IMG/VR virus record: IMGVR_UViG_3300030103_003525
Coordinates: 1 to 58,212 of that record
Direction: 5' to 3' (one strand)
Length of the DNA stretch: 58,212 nt
Origin: a virus
Taxonomy: Duplodnaviria > Caudoviricetes
The number at the start of each line of letters is the position of its first letter. The first letter of the stretch is position 1. Position numbers and translations under genes: made by a program. The notes below the pieces were generated by a model. The model was not told the DNA's origin. It saw only the letters and a list, made by a program, of their open reading frames with translations, and searched no databases. This document shows positions 58,101 through 58,212 of this stretch, piece after piece.

Positions 58101-58212
58101 TTGCGGCTAGGATACCTATACCTTTTTCATCAGCGTTAGAAGTTTGGTTTACTTGCAAAGCACCAAATGAATTTGCATTAGCAGAACTACCTACTTGAAC
58201 ATTTCCGCTTAC
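55120..58212 (-). CDS. Tail fibre C-terminal part with peptidase S74 intramolecular chaperone (frame open to the right edge)
   Basis: GNVGIGT repeats; SDARVKDNI..IRGVTY..GVIAQEV..PEVV..VSYQNMVALLIEGMKE. Confidence 0.9.
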   Translation of the reverse strand, partial: VSGNVQVGSSANANSFGALQVNQTSNADEKGIGILAANGGRSIRIWVDETNSYINSGNGGNGNLILNEGTGKVGIGTSTPNVALQVNQSASVPLLVHRPNNTSFDPHGIGFSTRSDAVNGGLGDVRSGIFSDYNGDLFLAANTSSITSNPTASSRLFIEGSNGNVAIGTGSPNGKLTISGGGTSTAPTISVINTSSITFNHTINAFTPNLTSGESNILVFGKAGSTKNSAYIGYRYSGTAGSNNNLLILGHWASDNLMTITGGGNVGIGTGTTIPVPKLHLVYSNGSYGTDATSGFINQASTGRSTTRLRSIGDNPSELFFDVNGAARWDISARNSGTSYNLQFYPAASTPAYNSVASHVLELQQNGNVVVTGNGSSGNMGIGNNNPLQKLDVSGNISLGNWTKAGSTYVGLRRLDNGSFGSSGDSGLVIESYNHASPYAGNYSQRVHLRTHLYNGGSHNVLTAYGLNVGIGTSTPAEKLTVSGNANVTSKFAVGITSVHASFDFYNQGTAYFNGATTIDDNLSMNGNINFGSSNGDINMSRGSFITFYEDSNANHSISSRSNTGGEADDIRINSYGAVYVNLDSNSNNTSGADFVIGRHGGGTGTISELCRISGETGSIDVINGAFIGGNAALSRDKLRVWSSSAYAIGMTNGFTFGSIGNSGAEYAMTFQMNDNSNRGFWWGDTSHSGSQGAMSLTTNGKLTVAGSMVVSAGEGNTVGPVFNNQFSLKNYTTVITDTFHTGQSTQAKRYEIARVFFDYNDWGNTGVLEIELMEPYFGQGVSKKYQLVAGYNNYADMDLVEISGGSQTESFQLTVGPLTTVSGDIRYLPIYAEVRFYSQCEAKITTNRDLTTNSLSTTKGAIYINTSPTGTNISDPTIVDNVQTNQGADTINLGTSAKVGIGITNGSTPSYPLHVNSAVSNVSIYASADITAFSDARVKDNIISISDPVEKIKAIRGVTYQRTDLDSEKRFMGVIAQEVLPHVPEVVHEDDKGMYSVSYQNMVALLIEGMKEQQEQIDELKEQVKKLSK
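57905..57996. repeat. 92-bp exact direct repeat, copy 2
   Basis: Identical to 1-92. Confidence 0.95.

Noticed and set aside
1-58212. Stop-codon reassignment, tRNA genes, CRISPR array, integrase or diversity-generating retroelement
   Set aside because: Long ORFs are intact in the standard code and TAG, TGA and TAA all end genes. No cloverleaf, spaced repeats, recombinase or reverse transcriptase motifs were seen by eye.

Overview
This window is an apparently near-complete (~57.9 kb, circularly permuted) genome of a tailed dsDNA phage. The likely host is a Bacteroidota/Flavobacteria cell, judged from TAnnTTTG -7 promoters, A-rich start contexts without Shine-Dalgarno sequences and a BT4734/VirE_N-type primase. 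The gene order resembles crAss-related podoviruses. A short rightward early/replication arm (17807-28131) encodes a C5 methyltransferase, Sak-like annealing protein, exonuclease, SSB-like protein, primase-helicase and RusA-like resolvase. A long leftward late arm encodes the endolysin, terminase, portal, a giant modular tail fibre split across the window ends, capsid, tail and ejection proteins. No DNA polymerase, RNA polymerase, integrase, tRNA or CRISPR array was recognised. Most notable: (1) a phage-encoded PAS histidine kinase and single-domain response regulator in a promoter-delimited operon with holin-like membrane genes; (2) a canonical type I hammerhead ribozyme and two further candidate structured RNAs in the early region; (3) a 2630-aa virion protein with a zincin motif and RQQK-delimited cassettes, one a SAM-dependent methyltransferase; (4) evidence of alternative tail-fibre modules at the window ends; (5) probably leaderless late mRNAs, a free-standing RNR-tail-like peptide, and apparent CCWGG/CATG avoidance. 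All family assignments come from motif recognition, not database searches.
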